64,000 bases of DNA from Mobula hypostoma. Taxonomy: Eukaryota. Below are positions 24,561 through 38,351 of this stretch, one piece after another. Below the pieces are notes generated by a model. The model had not been told where the DNA came from. It was given only the letters and a program-made list of their open reading frames with translations, and did not search any database. The DNA is taken from NCBI RefSeq assembly GCF_963921235.1, contig NC_086108.1, positions 23,436,001 through 23,500,000 on the forward strand, read 5' to 3'. Made by a program: the position numbers and the translations under genes. Position 1 is the first letter of the stretch; every line of letters starts with the position of its first letter.

Positions 24561-25854
24561 TGCTGCTGTGTTCTTTTGATTGAATGTAAAAGACCAAAAT
24601 AAGCGCAGCTACTTTGTAATTTTGAAACTTAACCTGCACAGTGAGGAATCCTTTTGTACTATAAAGCATTGTAACTGACCTTGGAAAGAGTGAGGAGCTT
24701 TGAAGCCAGGCATTTCAGTCTGCATTTTAACCAGGTCTGTACAGCACAGGAAAGATTTTTTTTATTCCCACAGGTTTATCTGCAGAGTTCAATTATCACC
24801 TGAGTAGACTGAGTAGTCAGAACATATTCCACTGCAGAATGAAGACATTCACTTTAATGGGAACATTACATTCATAAAACCTGCTATACTAATTACAAAA
24901 AAAGAGTTTTGTATTTGATGTGGCATCTGGTTGGATCCAATTCAAGACAATGTGTGCATTTTGCTATGTCACTGACACTGTTGCAGGCAGTCTGCTTTTT
25001 CAGCTCCAAGGCTTATACAAGATGTCTTCCTGTCAAAATAAAAGCCCAGCATATTAACTTCTTAACCCTCAATTTACTCTTTTTACGCATTGTACTTTAC
25101 AAAATGCATGATTAGCATATGCCTCCTATTTGAATGTGACCATAGTTAGTTAGCATTTACAGAGCTATTTTTGTATCCTATTGGAACAGAAAGTGAGATC
25201 GATGTTGAAAATCATTGATTATAATTGACAGAGATATTCAAATACAATTCGAATCATAGTTGTAGAATGAATATTTCAAATCTTGTGTGTCCATAGTCTT
25301 TGAATTTATTTTTATACAAGTTATTTCTGGTTTATGATTTGAGGAGATTGCTTCTTTTTTTTAAATCTATGAGTCAAACTCTTGAAATCGCTTTATATTC
25401 CTTTCTGTTTAATTCACATTCTGTTTTCTTCTTCTTTATTGTCACCATTATATTTTGCTCATTTATAACACCTTCCCATATTTCAAGGTAGACACTCTTT
25501 TTGGCAACCTTTTACCTTCAGGCTAGCCTTAGCTTCTTTAGTTAGTCACCACTGTGACACTTATCTGATGGAGTTTTTACTCCTCAAGAAAATTAATGTC
25601 CTAGAAAGATATGAATTATTTCTACAGCTCATCTTCAGAGCTTATGTTCTGTAATGAATTGTAATTGAACTGAGGGTCACCTTTCATCCTAAAGTAAGTG
25701 AATCAAAAACAAACTGAGATGCATGAAACACAGAAAATGCTGGAAATATTCAGCTTCAATTAAAACCTGTGAGCAAAATAAGGCTATTCACATTGAGTGC
25801 TCCACCATTCAATCTTGGCTGATTTATTTTTCCTTCTCAACCCCGTTCTCTTGC

Positions 25855-26274
25855 CCAGATTCTGTTCTAACTCATCTGCAAGTTACAGATAAGACTACTG
25901 TAGTGGAGTGCATCTCAAATAATGATGAGTCAGAGTGCAGAAAGGAGATAGCCAAGTAATATGGCCTCAAGACAGCAAAATAAAAGAGCTGGCCATTGCC
26001 TTCAGGAAAAGTGTGCTGCACATAATCCTGTTTACATCAATAGTGCTGAGTTCAAGAGATTTAAGAATTTTACGTTCCTAGAAGTGAACCTCAGCTTGTC
26101 CAGGTCCAAACACATAGTTACCATAGCCATGAAATCTCACCAGCACCTCCACCTTCTCAGGAGGTTGAAGAAATTTGGCCTGTCCCCTTGATGGTCACCA
26201 ATTTCTATCAATGCACCACAGAAAGTACAGTGTTCTATCCAGATGCATCATGGCCTGCTATGGTAACTACTCTG
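25855..26274 (+). mobile_element. Rex1/Babar-like RT fragment
   Basis: HQHLHLLRRLKKFGLSP and a DKTTVV (decayed DDTTVV) motif. Confidence 0.65.
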
Positions 26275-28930
26275 TCCATCCTCTCCACATCCACCCTATC
26301 TAGTCCTTTCAACGTTGGGTAGGTTTCAATGAGATACCACCCCCTCCCCGCATTCTTCTGAATTTCAGTGAGTACAGGCCCAAACCTACCAAATGCATCA
26401 CATATGTTAACCCCTTCATTCCTAGCATCATCCTCATGAACCTCCTTTGGACTGTCCAATGACAACACATCCTTGCTGAGATATGGGGCCCAAAACTGTT
26501 GACAATACTCTTTAAGTGTGGCCTGGCTAGTGCTTTATAAAGGCTCAGCATTATCTCCTTGCTTTTATATTCTATTCCCTTTGAAATAAATGCCAACATT
26601 GCATTTGCCTCCTTTACCACAGACTCAACCTGTAAATTAACCTTCTGGGAGTCTTGCATGAAGGCTCCTAAGTCTCTCTGCACCCCCGATATTTGAACCT
26701 TCTCCCGATTTAGATAATAGTCTGCACTATTGTTCCTTATACCAAAATGCATTATCGTACATTTCCCAACACTGTATTCCATCTGCCACTTTTTTTGCCC
26801 AATTTTCCAATTTGTCTTTAGTCCTGCAACAATCACATTGCTTCCTCAGCACTACCTACCCCTCCACCTATCTTAATATCATCTGCAAACTTTGTCACAA
26901 AGCCATCAATTCCATTATCCAAATCATTGACAAACAATGTGAAAAGTAGCAGTCCCAATACTGACCCCTGAGGGACACCACTAGTCACTGACAGCCAACC
27001 AGAAAAGGCTCATTTTATTCCCACTTGTTGCCTCCTGCCTGTGAGCCATTCCTCTATCCATGCCGGTATCTCTCCTGTAACGCCACAGGATTTTATCTTG
27101 TTAAGCAGCCTCATGTATGGCACCTTATCAAAAGCCTTCTGAAAATCAAAGTAAATGACATCCACTGCCTCTGCTTTGTCCACCCTGCTTGTTACTTCCT
27201 TGAAGAACTCTAACAGATTTGTCAGGCAAGATTTCCCTTCACAGAAACTATGCTGACTTTGACTTTTTACCATTAGTCTCCAAGCACCTCAAAACCAAAT
27301 CCTTAATAATACACTCTAAAAGTTACCCAACCACTGAGGTTAGGCTAACTGACCTATAATTTCCTTTCTTTTGCAATCCTCCTTTGTTAAAGAGTGATGT
27401 TTGCAATCTTCCAGTCCTGCAGTCCTCCAGGGCCATGCCAGAATCAAGTGAATCTTGAAAGACTGTGACCAATGCATCCATTATCTCTTCAGCAACCTCT
27501 CTCAGAACTCTGGGATGTAGTCCATCTGGCCCAGGTGACTTATCTACCTTAAGACCTTGAGTTTGCCTAGCACTTTTTCCTTTGTAATAGCAATAACATT
27601 CACTCCTACTCCCTGACATTCATGGACCTCTGGCATGCTGGTAGTGTCTTCTATAGTGAAGGCAGATGCAAAGTACTCATTAAGATCATCTGCCATTTCT
27701 TTGTCCCCCATTACTACCTCAGCAGCATAATTTTCCAGTGGTCCAGTATCAACTCTCACCTCCCTTTTACTCTTTATACAACTGATCCTGCTTTATATTA
27801 TTGGCTAATCTGCCCTCATATTTAATCTTTTCCTTTCTTATAACTTTCTTAGTTGCATTTTGTTGGATTTTAAAAACTTCTCAATCAGCCAAGTTCCCAC
27901 TCACTTTTGCTACCTTATATGCCCTTTCCTTGGCTTTTATGCAGTCCTTAAATTCCTTTGTCAGCCACGGTTGCCTACCCCTGCCATTTGATAACTTCTT
28001 CCTCTGTGGGACATATCTATCCTGTACCTTGTGAAGTATTATCAGAAACGTCAGCCATCTCTGCTCTGCTGTCATCCCCACCAGTATCCTCCTCCAATCC
28101 ACCCGGGCAAGCTCCTCTCTTATGCCTCTGTAATTTCCTTTATTCTATTGGAATGTTGATGCATGTGACTTGTGTTTCTCTCTCTCAAATTGCAGTATGA
28201 ATTCAATCATATTATGATCACTGCTTCCTAAGGGTTCCTTATGTTAAGCTCCCTAATAAGATCTGGATTATTACACAACACCCAATCTAAGATAGCCTTT
28301 CCCCAAGTAGGTGCAAGCACAAGCTGCTCTAAAAAGCCATCTCATAGGCTTTCGACAAATTCCCTCTCTTGCGATCCAACACCAACCTGGTTTTCCCAAT
28401 CCCTTTGCATATTGAAGTCCCCCATTACAATTGTGTCATCACCCTTATTATATGCTTTTTTCAGCTCTCTTTGCAATCTCAACCCCACATCTTGGCTACT
28501 ATTTGGAGACCTATATATGATTCCCATAATGTTTTTATTTTACCCTTTCAATTTCTTAACTCCATCCACAATGATTCATCATTCTCCGACCCTGTGTCAC
28601 CTCTTTCTGAAGATGTAATTCCATCTCTTCCCAACAGAGCCACACCACCACCTATGCCTTCCTCCCTGTCCTTTCGATACGAAGTATGACCTTTGATGTT
28701 AAGCTCCCAACGATGGCCTTCTTTTAGCCATGACTCAGTGATGCCCACAAAGTCATACCAACCAAACACTAACAGCGCCACGAGTTTGTCTACCTTATTC
28801 CTAATGCTACGCACATTTAAATACAGCACCTTCAGTCTTGCATCCTTTGCCCTTTTGAATTTTGCCTCTGTGGAACAATTTAAGTCTTTGCTCTGTTTGC
28901 ATTTGCACGCAATCATTGGCTTGCCTTTCC
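26275..28930 (-). mobile_element. Decayed CR1 ORF2 (APE endonuclease + RT)
   Basis: LKVLYLNVRSIRNK/GITESWL, YRSPNS/MGDFN, KSPGPDGLHPRVL, FDFQKAFDKVP and KWQMEYSVGKC. Confidence 0.9.
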
Positions 28931-29830
28931 AAATATAATCTGACTAATGTCTTATAAAGCCTCAGCATGATTCCTACTACCAAATTACATGACTGAACCC
29001 CCTGTACTGTATTCTGTAACATGAAAAGTAGCGACCCAACACCCAACTCTGCAGAACACCACTAGTCACCAGCACCTTACCATACAAAGGCCCTTTTCTT
29101 CCCACTCTTTGCCTCATGCCATTCAGCCAATCTCCTATCCAGGCTAGTATCTTTCCTGTAATATCATGAGCTCCTCTCTTGTTAGACAGCTTCATGTGTG
29201 GCATGTTGTCAAAGGTCTTCTCAAAATCCAAGTAAACAATATCCACTGACTCTCCTTTGTTTTTCATACTTGTTACTTTAAGTAATTCCAACAAATTTGT
29301 CTGGCAAGATCTCCCCTTAATGAAACCATGTTGACTCTGGCATGCTTTATCATGTGCCTCCAAGTACCCTGAAAGCTCATTATAATGGACTGTAAAATCT
29401 TACCAAACATTGAAGTCAAGCTGACCGGTTTACAATTTCTTGTCTTTTGCCTCCCTCCCTTCTTAAAGAGTGGAGTGACATTTGCAATTTTCCAGTCCTC
29501 CAGAATCTAGTGATTCTTGAAAGATCACTTCTAATGTCTCCACAATCTCTTCAGCTACCTCTTTCAGAATCCTGGATTGTAGTCCATCCCTGACAGGTGA
29601 TCTATCCACTTTCAGTCCTTTTTGCTTCCCGGGCACCTTCTCCTCAGTAATAATGACAACACTTACTTTTACTCCTGTCTCTCATGAACTTCTGGCAAGT
29701 TGCCTGGTGTCTAACACAATGCAGACTGACACAAAATATTCAGTTTGTTCCAAGTTTCTGTGTTCTCATTTCTTCTTCTCCAGCATCATTTGCCAGAGGC
29801 TTAATGTCCACTCTTGCCTCTCTTATACTT
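28931..29830 (-). mobile_element. Second decayed CR1 RT fragment abutting the previous one
   Basis: QSQHGFIKGRSCQTNLLE...VYLDFEKTFDNMPH...VTSGVLQ. Confidence 0.82.
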
Positions 29831-30090
29831 GTTGTATATTGAGATGTAGCTTAAAATTAAATATATTAAGATCAGTGACACTTTACTTAAAGCTTCCTAT
29901 TAAACTTTGTCTCTTATAAAATACTTACTGTTCCACAAAATTGTTGATGCCACAATTTTGTCCCAGAAAATTTTTATGACTGCATTTTCCAAACTCTGTA
30001 CAAATTAGGAGCTAGCATAGGACACTCATCCCTTCCATAGATACTGTCTGACCGGCTGACTTGCTCTTACATCTTGGGTGTAATTCTTCA

Positions 30091-30107
30091 CCCCCCCCCC
30101 CCCCCCC
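30091..30107. repeat. Poly-C tract (17 nt)
   Basis: Read directly from the sequence. Confidence 0.9.
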
Positions 30108-30684
30108 AAATCTGCTGTGCCCTTAACAGGATCAAGCCTGAATTGATTGTTCCCTACCATTCCTTAGTTCCACATTCTGGTGTATCTATACTAATCTACT
30201 ATTTCAGCTGTTGATTTTGGAAACCCCTCTGAACAACTTCTAGTGCACTAACATCCTTCCTTGAATAAGGAGACCAGTACTATACACAGCATGCTAAGTG
30301 CTGTTTCCCAGTTGTGTCCTATAACTAGAACATTAAGTAAAGAGTATATTCCTCCATCTTTTGTTGAGCCCACCAGTTTAGTGTCTGTTGTGGGGATATT
30401 AAATTTATTTTCACTCTTGACTTGTCTCATTTGTTAGCCCTTTACTTGGCCCACTGTATTTCTACATCATGAATTTTCTGGGATATAATCCTTTCTCATT
30501 GCACCCTTTAATGTGCAAGTTTGCCTATGGAGTGAGTGCACCTGGTTGCATTGTCGCTCTGTCTGGGTGGCACAACACTGTGATATATGCGCTAAAGAAA
30601 ATGAGAGAGACATAAGTTGACACTTAACATTAATGTACTAGCCAGTATTATTGACATAATATTCTTATATTTCCAATTCCTTAG

Positions 30685-30817
30685 GGTCCAGTTCGTTGCA
30701 CTAAAGATGGCACATGGACAGACGACTTTAACTTATGTGACGTGGTGCATAGAGACTGCCTGCCTCCTCCAGAACTAAATTTGGTGGAGTATTTTTGTGC
30801 TGATGGCCATGCAGTAG
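30685..30817 (+). CDS. PAPPA2: Pappalysin-2 coding exon (CCP/Sushi); not in the ORF track
   Basis: Acceptor ttccaattccttag| and donor G|gtactg. Hand translation GPVRCTKDGTWTDDFNLCDVVHRDCLPPPELNLVEYFCADGHAV(G) aligns with recalled PAPPA2 [46 protein letters not shown]. Phase 0 in and phase 1 out fit both neighbours. 133 bp. Confidence 0.92.
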
Positions 30818-31139
30818 GTACTGAAACCATACACAAATCATTTCTATAATTCTTGTAAGAATTGTGCTTTTCAGGTTTACAGATGCTGAATTCAAACCAA
30901 TGCAAATGTGAAGCACTTCACCTTGAGTAATCTGCCAAATATTTTGAGGCAGATTTCTAGAGTGTGCAACTTTTCCAATGTTAACTATTCCCATGTTCTA
31001 GAAGTAAGTGCTGGTGCAAGTCTCAGAAGACAGCATCCTGCATCACACACACTCCTAGGGTTTCCTTTAGGATCAAGCCCTAACATTAATGGTAATGTCT
31101 TAGTATGAAAGAATTCAGCGAGGATGAAACAAGATACCA

Positions 31140-32525
31140 TTAGAAAGGGGGTATAAGATGTCTCAGTGGGCCTAAGGACAGATAAATACCCAGGGTCTGA
31201 TGAGATCTATCCCAGGCTGGAAAGGGAGGCAAAAGAGGAAACTGCAGAGATCCAAGAGAGATTTTCATAGCTTCGCTGCCTACAGATGACTTGCAAACAG
31301 TGAAAGTGGTATCTATAATCAAAAAGAAATTAGTGATAAATTGAATAATTCAAGGGTAGTATGTATAATGTAACTATTATGGAAGTTAGTGGAAAAATGT
31401 GCTGATGGACTAGGTTAATTTATGCTGGAATAGCAGGAAATAATCAAAGATAGCATGGCTTTGTTAACAAGAGATCTTGACTGATTAACAAATGAATCTT
31501 TCAAAGAGATAAAGTATATTGATGAAGACAGTGCAGTTGATGTGGTCCTTTTTTTGCTTGGAAGACTGTGAGTGGTGGTGTATCACTGGGAGCAGTGCTG
31601 GGACACTTAATGTTTGGATGTGAATGTAGGGGGTGTGATGAATAAGTTTGGAGATGACATGTAAATTAGTAATGTTACTGATAGTCAGGAGAGTAATTTT
31701 TGGCGACAACATGGTATTGATCAGTTGATAAATATTGAGATATTTTTCCACTGGTGGAGGTGTCCCAAATAAGTGGTCACAGTTACAGTCTAAAAGGGAG
31801 GCAGTCATTTAAAACCAAGATATGTAAGAACTTCTCACAAAAAGATCGCCAGTCTCAGGAATTCTCTTCTCTGGAGGAGATGGTCGCTGGAATCTGAATT
31901 GGAATCAGGTTTAATATCATCAGCATATGTCATGAAATTTTTGGTTTTGCAGTAGCAGTACAATGCAATACATAATAATATAATAATAGAAAAGAAAAGA
32001 AAACTTTGAATTACCGTAAGTATACAGTATGAGATATATATATAGTTAAATAAGTAGTGCAAAATTAGAAATAAAGGAAGTAATGAGTTAGTGTTCATGG
32101 ATTTAATATCTATTCAGAAATTGGATGGCAGAGGGAAAGAAGCTGTTCCTGAATTGTTGAGTGTGTGCCTACAGACTTCTATACCACCTTCCTGATGGTA
32201 GCAATGAGAAGAGGGCATGTTCTGGGTGATGGGGGTCCTTAATGACGGACGCCACCTTTATGAGGCATCACTCCTTGAAGATGTTCTGAATTTTATGGAG
32301 GCTGGTGCCCATGATGGAGCTGACTAAGTTTACAACTCTCTGTAGCTTGCTTTGATCCTTGATAGGTACTTATAAAGGAAGTAGTTTAAATTATGAAAGG
32401 TGGATGAATTGAGAGCTATGTGGAATTGGCACAGAAGAACTGAGGCCTGGGGCAGATTAGCCATGATCAGGCTTGAGGGTCTGAGTGGCCGTGTGATGCT
32501 GTTTTCTCTTGTGTTCTGTGTTCTT
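31140..32525 (+). mobile_element. Old CR1 relic interrupted by a Rex/Babar 3' fragment
   Basis: gacagataaatacccagggtctgatgagatctatcccagg (DKxPGxDxIYPR), aagtttggagatgac (KFxDD), and a 3' UTR with gattagccatgatc near 32455. Confidence 0.55.
31889..32352 (-). mobile_element. Rex1/Babar-like 3' fragment
   Basis: Tail gaatctgaattggaatcaggtttaat is the reverse complement of the tail at 14500-14522; the body is homologous to 14050-14290. Confidence 0.75.
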
Positions 32526-32713
32526 CTGAGAAAAACAGATAAATAGCAGATGGAATGTAATCCTAATATGTAATAGGTGTTGCATTTTGAGAGGTTAGGG
32601 CATGCACAATGAATAGTAGGGCCTGAGGGAAGACTGAGGAACAAAGAGACAATGAAAGGTCCCAGAATCATTGGATGTGGTAAATAAAGTGGTTAAGATT
32701 CAATTTAAAAATG

Positions 32714-33251
32714 CAAACACGAGGAAATCTGCAGGTGCTGGAAATTCAAATAACAGACACAAAAAATGCTGGTGAATGCAGCAGGCCAGGCAGCATCTAT
32801 AGGAAGTGGTACAGTTGACATTTCGGGCCGAGACCCTTCGTCAGGACTAACTGAAAGAAGAGTTAGTAAGAGATTTGAAAGTGGGAGGGGGAGGGGGAGA
32901 TCTGAAATGATAGGAGAAGACAGGAGGGGGAGGGATGGAGCCAAGAGCTAGAAAGTTGATTGGCAAAAGGGATATGAGACTGGAGAAGGGAGAGGATCAT
33001 GGGACGGGAGGCCCAGGGAGAAAGAAAGGCGGAGGAGAGCCCAGAGGATGGGCAAGGAGTTATAGTGAGAGGGACAGAGGGAGAAAAAAGAGAGAAAAAA
33101 AGGGAAAAAATATACTAATAAACAAACAAACAAACAAATAAATAAATAAATAAATAAGGGATGGGGTACATGCCCCATCCCTTATTTATTTATTACTTCC
33201 CCCCCCTTTTTTCTCTCTTTTTTTCTCCTCTGTCCATCTCACTATACTCCT
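32714..33251 (-). mobile_element. Penelope terminal-repeat copy ending in a fold-back hairpin
   Basis: 32714-33166 is homologous to 5491-5900, with a hammerhead at 32813-32848 (GAAAUGUC). 33173-33251 is an inverted copy of 33055-33166 across a spacer of about 6 nt. Confidence 0.85.
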
Positions 33252-33350
33252 GTATGAATTATAAATCTAACCAATGACATAAGCTTCTCCTATTGGCTAT
33301 CATCAAGGCAGAAAAAATAAGGTAAACAGGGAAGTCAAGACTCCATTGAC

Positions 33351-34960
33351 ATTCAAGATTCAAGGTTGAATGTCATTTCCAGTACACAAGTGTAAAGGAG
33401 AATGAAATAATTGTTCATCCAGATCAGATGCAGCACAAAAACACAATAAGATAAAGATCTTACACATTAATTAAAAAATATATAAATACGTAAGATAACT
33501 TATACATTGTACATATATTGATTGTATGTCCATGAAGTGATGCTAGGCACAGGAGTGCCTGGACATAAGATGACTAATGGGAAATTATAAAGTAGTTGTG
33601 GAGTTAGTGCATGGAGATGTTGATCGGTCTTACTGTTTGGGGAAAGTAACTGTTTTTGAGTCTGGTCGTCCTGGTGTGGATGCTATGTACATAGAACATA
33701 GAACATAGAATAGTACAGCACAGTACAGGCCCTTCAGCCCACAAAGTTGTGCCGACCCTCAAACCCTGCCTCCCATATAAGCCCCCACCTTAAATTCCTC
33801 CATATACCTGTCTAGTAGTCTCTTAAATTTCACTAATGCATCTGCCTCCACCACTGACTCAGGCAGTGCATTCCACGCACCAACCACTCTCTGAGTAAAA
33901 AACCTTCCTCTAATATCCCCCTTGAACTTCCCACCCCTTACCTTAAAGCCATGTCCTCTTGTATTGAGCAGTGGTGCCCTGGGGAAGAAGCGCTGGCTAT
34001 CCACTCTATCTATTCCTCTTATTATCTTGTACACCTCTATCATGTCTCCTCTCATCCTCCTTCTCTCCAAAGAGTAAAGCCCTAGCTCCCTTAATCTCTG
34101 ATCATAATGCATACTCTCTAAACCAGGCAGCATCCTCCCTGATGGGAATGGGACAAACAGTTCATGAGCAATTGCAGGTAAGCTGGTGCTTGGAATACCT
34201 TGGGCAGTTTTGACTTCCCATTTCATAGTGCAATTTCATACAGTAATGCAGCATGTTAGGATGCTCTCTACTGCACATCTGTAGTGTAACATGAATATAG
34301 ATGCGCAAAGTCCAGCGCTCTTTAGCCTTCTCAGAAGGTAGAGGCATTGGTGAGCTTTCCTGATTGTGCAGAATGTGTTCCGGGACAGTGAGAGATTGTG
34401 TGTGATGTGCACTCTGAAGAGTTTAAAACTGCCTGTAGATTCCACTGCTGTGCTGCTGATGTAAAGAAGGGTGTGTGTGGTGTGAGTACTGATGTCCATA
34501 AATATCTCCTTTGTCCTGTTGACATTAGGGAAGAGGTTATTTGCCTGGCATCGGGCCTAGAGCTTCTCCACCTCCTCTCTGTAGGCTGTCTCATTGTTGT
34601 TGATGATGAGCCCCACCACTGGCGAACCTGAGGATGCGGTTGCTCAGGTGTTTGGCTGTACAGTCATGTGTGAGCAGAGTGTATAGCAATAGGCTCTCAT
34701 ACATCCGTGGGAGGCACCCATGTTGAGGATGATGGTGAGGAAGCAGCAGTTGTGCATCCTGACTATCTAAGGTCTTTGGTTAGAAAGACCCAATTGCACA
34801 GTGTTGTATTTAGACTGAGAAGTAAGGAGTCTGTTCACCAAGGTCTCTGGGACAATAGTGTTGGATGCTGAACTAAAATCCAGAAACCGCATTCTGACTT
34901 GTGTCCTTGTTTTCTGGATGTGTCAGGGTCAGGTGAATGACAGATGCTATGGCATCAATC
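33351..34960 (-). mobile_element. Decayed Rex1/Babar-like LINE
   Basis: Tail attcaagattcaag. RKAHQCLYLLRRLK and YRCAVESILTCCIT, with DFSSA and GASHGC remnants further 5'. Confidence 0.75.
33690..34137 (-). mobile_element. Young CR1 3' fragment nested in Rex/Babar
   Basis: (TTCTATG)n tail and an uninterrupted RMLPGLES...RRMRGDMIEVYKII...FFTQRVVGAWNALP frame. Confidence 0.9.
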
Positions 34961-35395
34961 TTGAATCTAATCTATTACCTTTTTCACAGATACCAGGGGA
35001 TGGGAGACTTTCCTTGCTTTGGGTGGTTATGATGTGATTCTCACACTCTGAAAGGTATTGAAACTTAAATTAGTGCAGCTTCAGACAAGCAGTTAGATTA
35101 TCAAAATGAATGTGTGCATGAAGCGACTAAGCAGTTTAGGGTTTTGAGAGGGAATTGAATGAGCATTTGAGGGAATATAATTTTCAAGACTTTGAGTTGA
35201 ATGGCCTACTCCAATGATGTCGCAATTCTGTGAAATAAAATGATCACACTGATATTTCAAACTGCTCTTCAGACAGAACAGAACATTTGCTTTGGTAGAA
35301 CAGTAGCAGTCTTATTCTTTGCCATGCATAAACTTTATCTCACATGTATCTTTAGAAAAGAGATGATTTAGCCAATGACTGCCACCATGCAGGGT

Positions 35396-38351
35396 AACAT
35401 AGAAACACAGAAAACCTACAGCACAATACAGGCCCTTCGGCCCACAAAGCTGTGCCGAAAATGTCCTTACCTTAGAAATTACCTTTGCTTACCCATGGCC
35501 CTCTATTTTTCTAAGTTGCATGTACCTATCCAGGAGACTCTTAAAAGATCCTATTGTTTCCGCCGTCTCTGGCAGCCCATTACATGCACTCCCACTCTGT
35601 GTAAAAAAACTTACCCCTGACATCTCCTCTGTACCTGCTTCCAAGCACCTTAAAACTGAGCCCTCTTGTGCTAGCCATTTCAGCCCTGGGAAAAAGCCTC
35701 TGACTATCCACACGATCAATGCCTCTCATCATCTTGTACACCTCTGTCAGGTCACCTCTCATCCTCCATCGCTCCAAGGAGAAAAAGCTGAGTTCACTCA
35801 ACCTATTCTCATAAGGCATGCTCCCCAATCCAGACAACATCCTTGTAAATTTCCTCTGCACCCTTTCTATAGTTTCCACATCCTTCCTGTAGTGAGGTGA
35901 CCAGAATTGAGCACAGTACTCCAAATGGGGTCTGACCAGGGTTCTATATAGCTGTAACATTACCTCTTGGCTCTTAAACTCAGTCCCATGATTGATGAAG
36001 GCCAATGCTCCGTATGCCTTCTTAACCATAGAGTCAACCTGTGCAGCAGCTTTGAGTGCCCTATGGACTTGGACCCTAAGATCCCTCTGATCCTCCACAC
36101 TGCCAAGAGTCTTACCCTTAATGCTATATTCTGCCATCATATTTGACCTACCAAAATGAACCACCTCACACTTATCTGGGTTGAACTTCATCTGCCACTT
36201 CTCAGCCCAGTCTTGCATCCTATCAATGTCCAGCTGTAACCTCTGACAGCCCACCACACTATCCACAACACCCCCAATCTTAGTGTCATCAGCAAATTTA
36301 CTAACCCATTCCTGAACTTCCTCATCCAGGTCATTTGTAAAATTCATGAAGAGTAGGGGTCCCGGAACAGATCCCTGAGGCACACCACTGGTCACCGACC
36401 TCCATGCAGAATATGACCCGTCTACAACCACTCTTTGTTTTCTGTGGGTAAGCCAGTTCTGGATCCACAAAGAAATGTCCCCTTGGATCCCATGCCTCTT
36501 TGCTTACTGGTCTAAAATTTCCTGGGCTATCTCTACTCCCTTTCTTGAATAAGGGAATAACATCTGCAACTCTTCAATCCTCCGGAACCTCTCCCGTCCT
36601 CATTGATGATGCAAACATCATTGCCAGAGGCTCAGCAATCTCCTCCCTCGCTTCCCACAGTAGCCTGGGGTACATCCCGTCCAGTCCCGGTGACTTATCC
36701 AAGTTGATGCTTTCCAAAATCTCCAGCACATCTTCTTCCTTAATATCTACATGCACTAGCTTTTCAGTCCACTGCAAGTTATCTCTACAATCACCAAGAC
36801 CCTTTTCCGTAGTGAATACTGAAGCAAAGTATTCATTAAGTACCTCTGCTATCTCTTCCGGTTCCATACACATTTCTCCACTGTCACAGTTGATTGGTCC
36901 TATTCTCTCATGTCTTATCCTCTTGCTCTTCACATACTTATAGAATGCCTTGGGGTTTTCCTTAATCCTGTGCGCTAAGGCCTTCTCATGACCCCTTCTG
37001 GCTCTCCTAATTTCATTCTTAAGCTCCTTCCTGCTAGTCTTATAATCTTCTAGATCTCTATCGTACCTAGTTTTTTGAACCTTTCGTAAGCTCTTCTTTT
37101 CTTCTTGATCAGATTTTCAATTGCCTTTGTACACCACGGTTCCTGTCCCCTACCACCCTTTCCCTGTCTCTGTGGAACGTACCTACGCAAAACCCCACGC
37201 AATAATCCCCTGAACATTCGCCACATTTCTTCACTACGTTTCCCTGAGAACATGTTTCCAATTTATGCTTCCAAGTTCCTGCCTGATAGCTTCATATTTC
37301 CCCTTGCTCCAATTAAATGCTTTCCTAACTTGTCTGTTTCTATCCCTCTCCAATGCTATGGTAAAGGAGACAGAATTGTGATCACTATCTCCAAAATGCT
37401 CTGCCACTGAGAGACCTGACACCTGACCAGGTTCATTTCCCAATATCTGATTAAGTACAACCTCTCCTCTTGTAGGCGTATCTACATATTGTGTCAAGTA
37501 ACCTTCCTGAACACACCTAACAAACTCCACCCCATCTAAACAGATGCCAGTCAATATCTGGGAAATTAAATTCTCCCACCACAACAACCCTGTTATTATT
37601 ACTCCTTTCCAGAATCTGTCTCCCTCACTGCTCCTCAATGTCCCTGTACTATTGGGTGGTCTATAAAAAAACACCCAGTAGAGCTATTAACCCCTTCCTC
37701 TTCCTAACTTTCACCCACAGAGACTCCGTAGTGACTTCCCTCCATGAAGTCCCTCCATGACTTCCTCCTTTTCTGCATCTCTGATCAGCACTGCCATGCC
37801 CCCCCTCTTTTGCCTCCCTCCCTGTCCTTTCTGAAACTTCTGAAGCCTGGCACTTGAAGTGGCCATTCCTGCCCCTGCACCATCCAAGTCTCTGTAATGG
37901 GCACACCATCATAGCTCTAAGTGCTGATCCAGGCTCTAAGCTCATCTGCTTTCTTCATAATACTCCTTGCATTAAAATAGACAAATCTCAAACTATTGGT
38001 CTGAGCACGTCCCTTCTCTATCACCTACCTATCCTTCCTCTTGCACTGTCTCCAAGCTTTCTCTGTTTGTGAGCCAATTGCCCCTTCCTCTGTCACTTCA
38101 GTTCAGTTCCCACCCCCCCCAGCAATTCTAGTTTAAACTCTCCCCAATAGCCTTTGCAAACCACCCCGCCAGGATATTGGTCCCCCTGGGATTCAAGTGC
38201 AACCTGTCCTTTTTGTACAGGTCACACCTGCCTCAGAGAAGGTCCCCAGTGATCCAGAAACCTGAATCCCTGCCCCTGCTCCAATCCCTCAGCCACGCAT
38301 TTATCCTCCACCTCATTCTATTCCTATGCTCACTGTCATGTGGCACAGGCA
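35396..38351 (-). mobile_element. Long CR1: ORF1 esterase C-terminus, APE endonuclease, RT and 3' tail
   Basis: Tail acatagaaacacagaaaac. RT SGVPQGSVPGP/KFADD and endonuclease YRPPNS. 38170-38350 gives an SGNH-like LYKRxxLHLNPRGTNIL segment. Confidence 0.92.
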
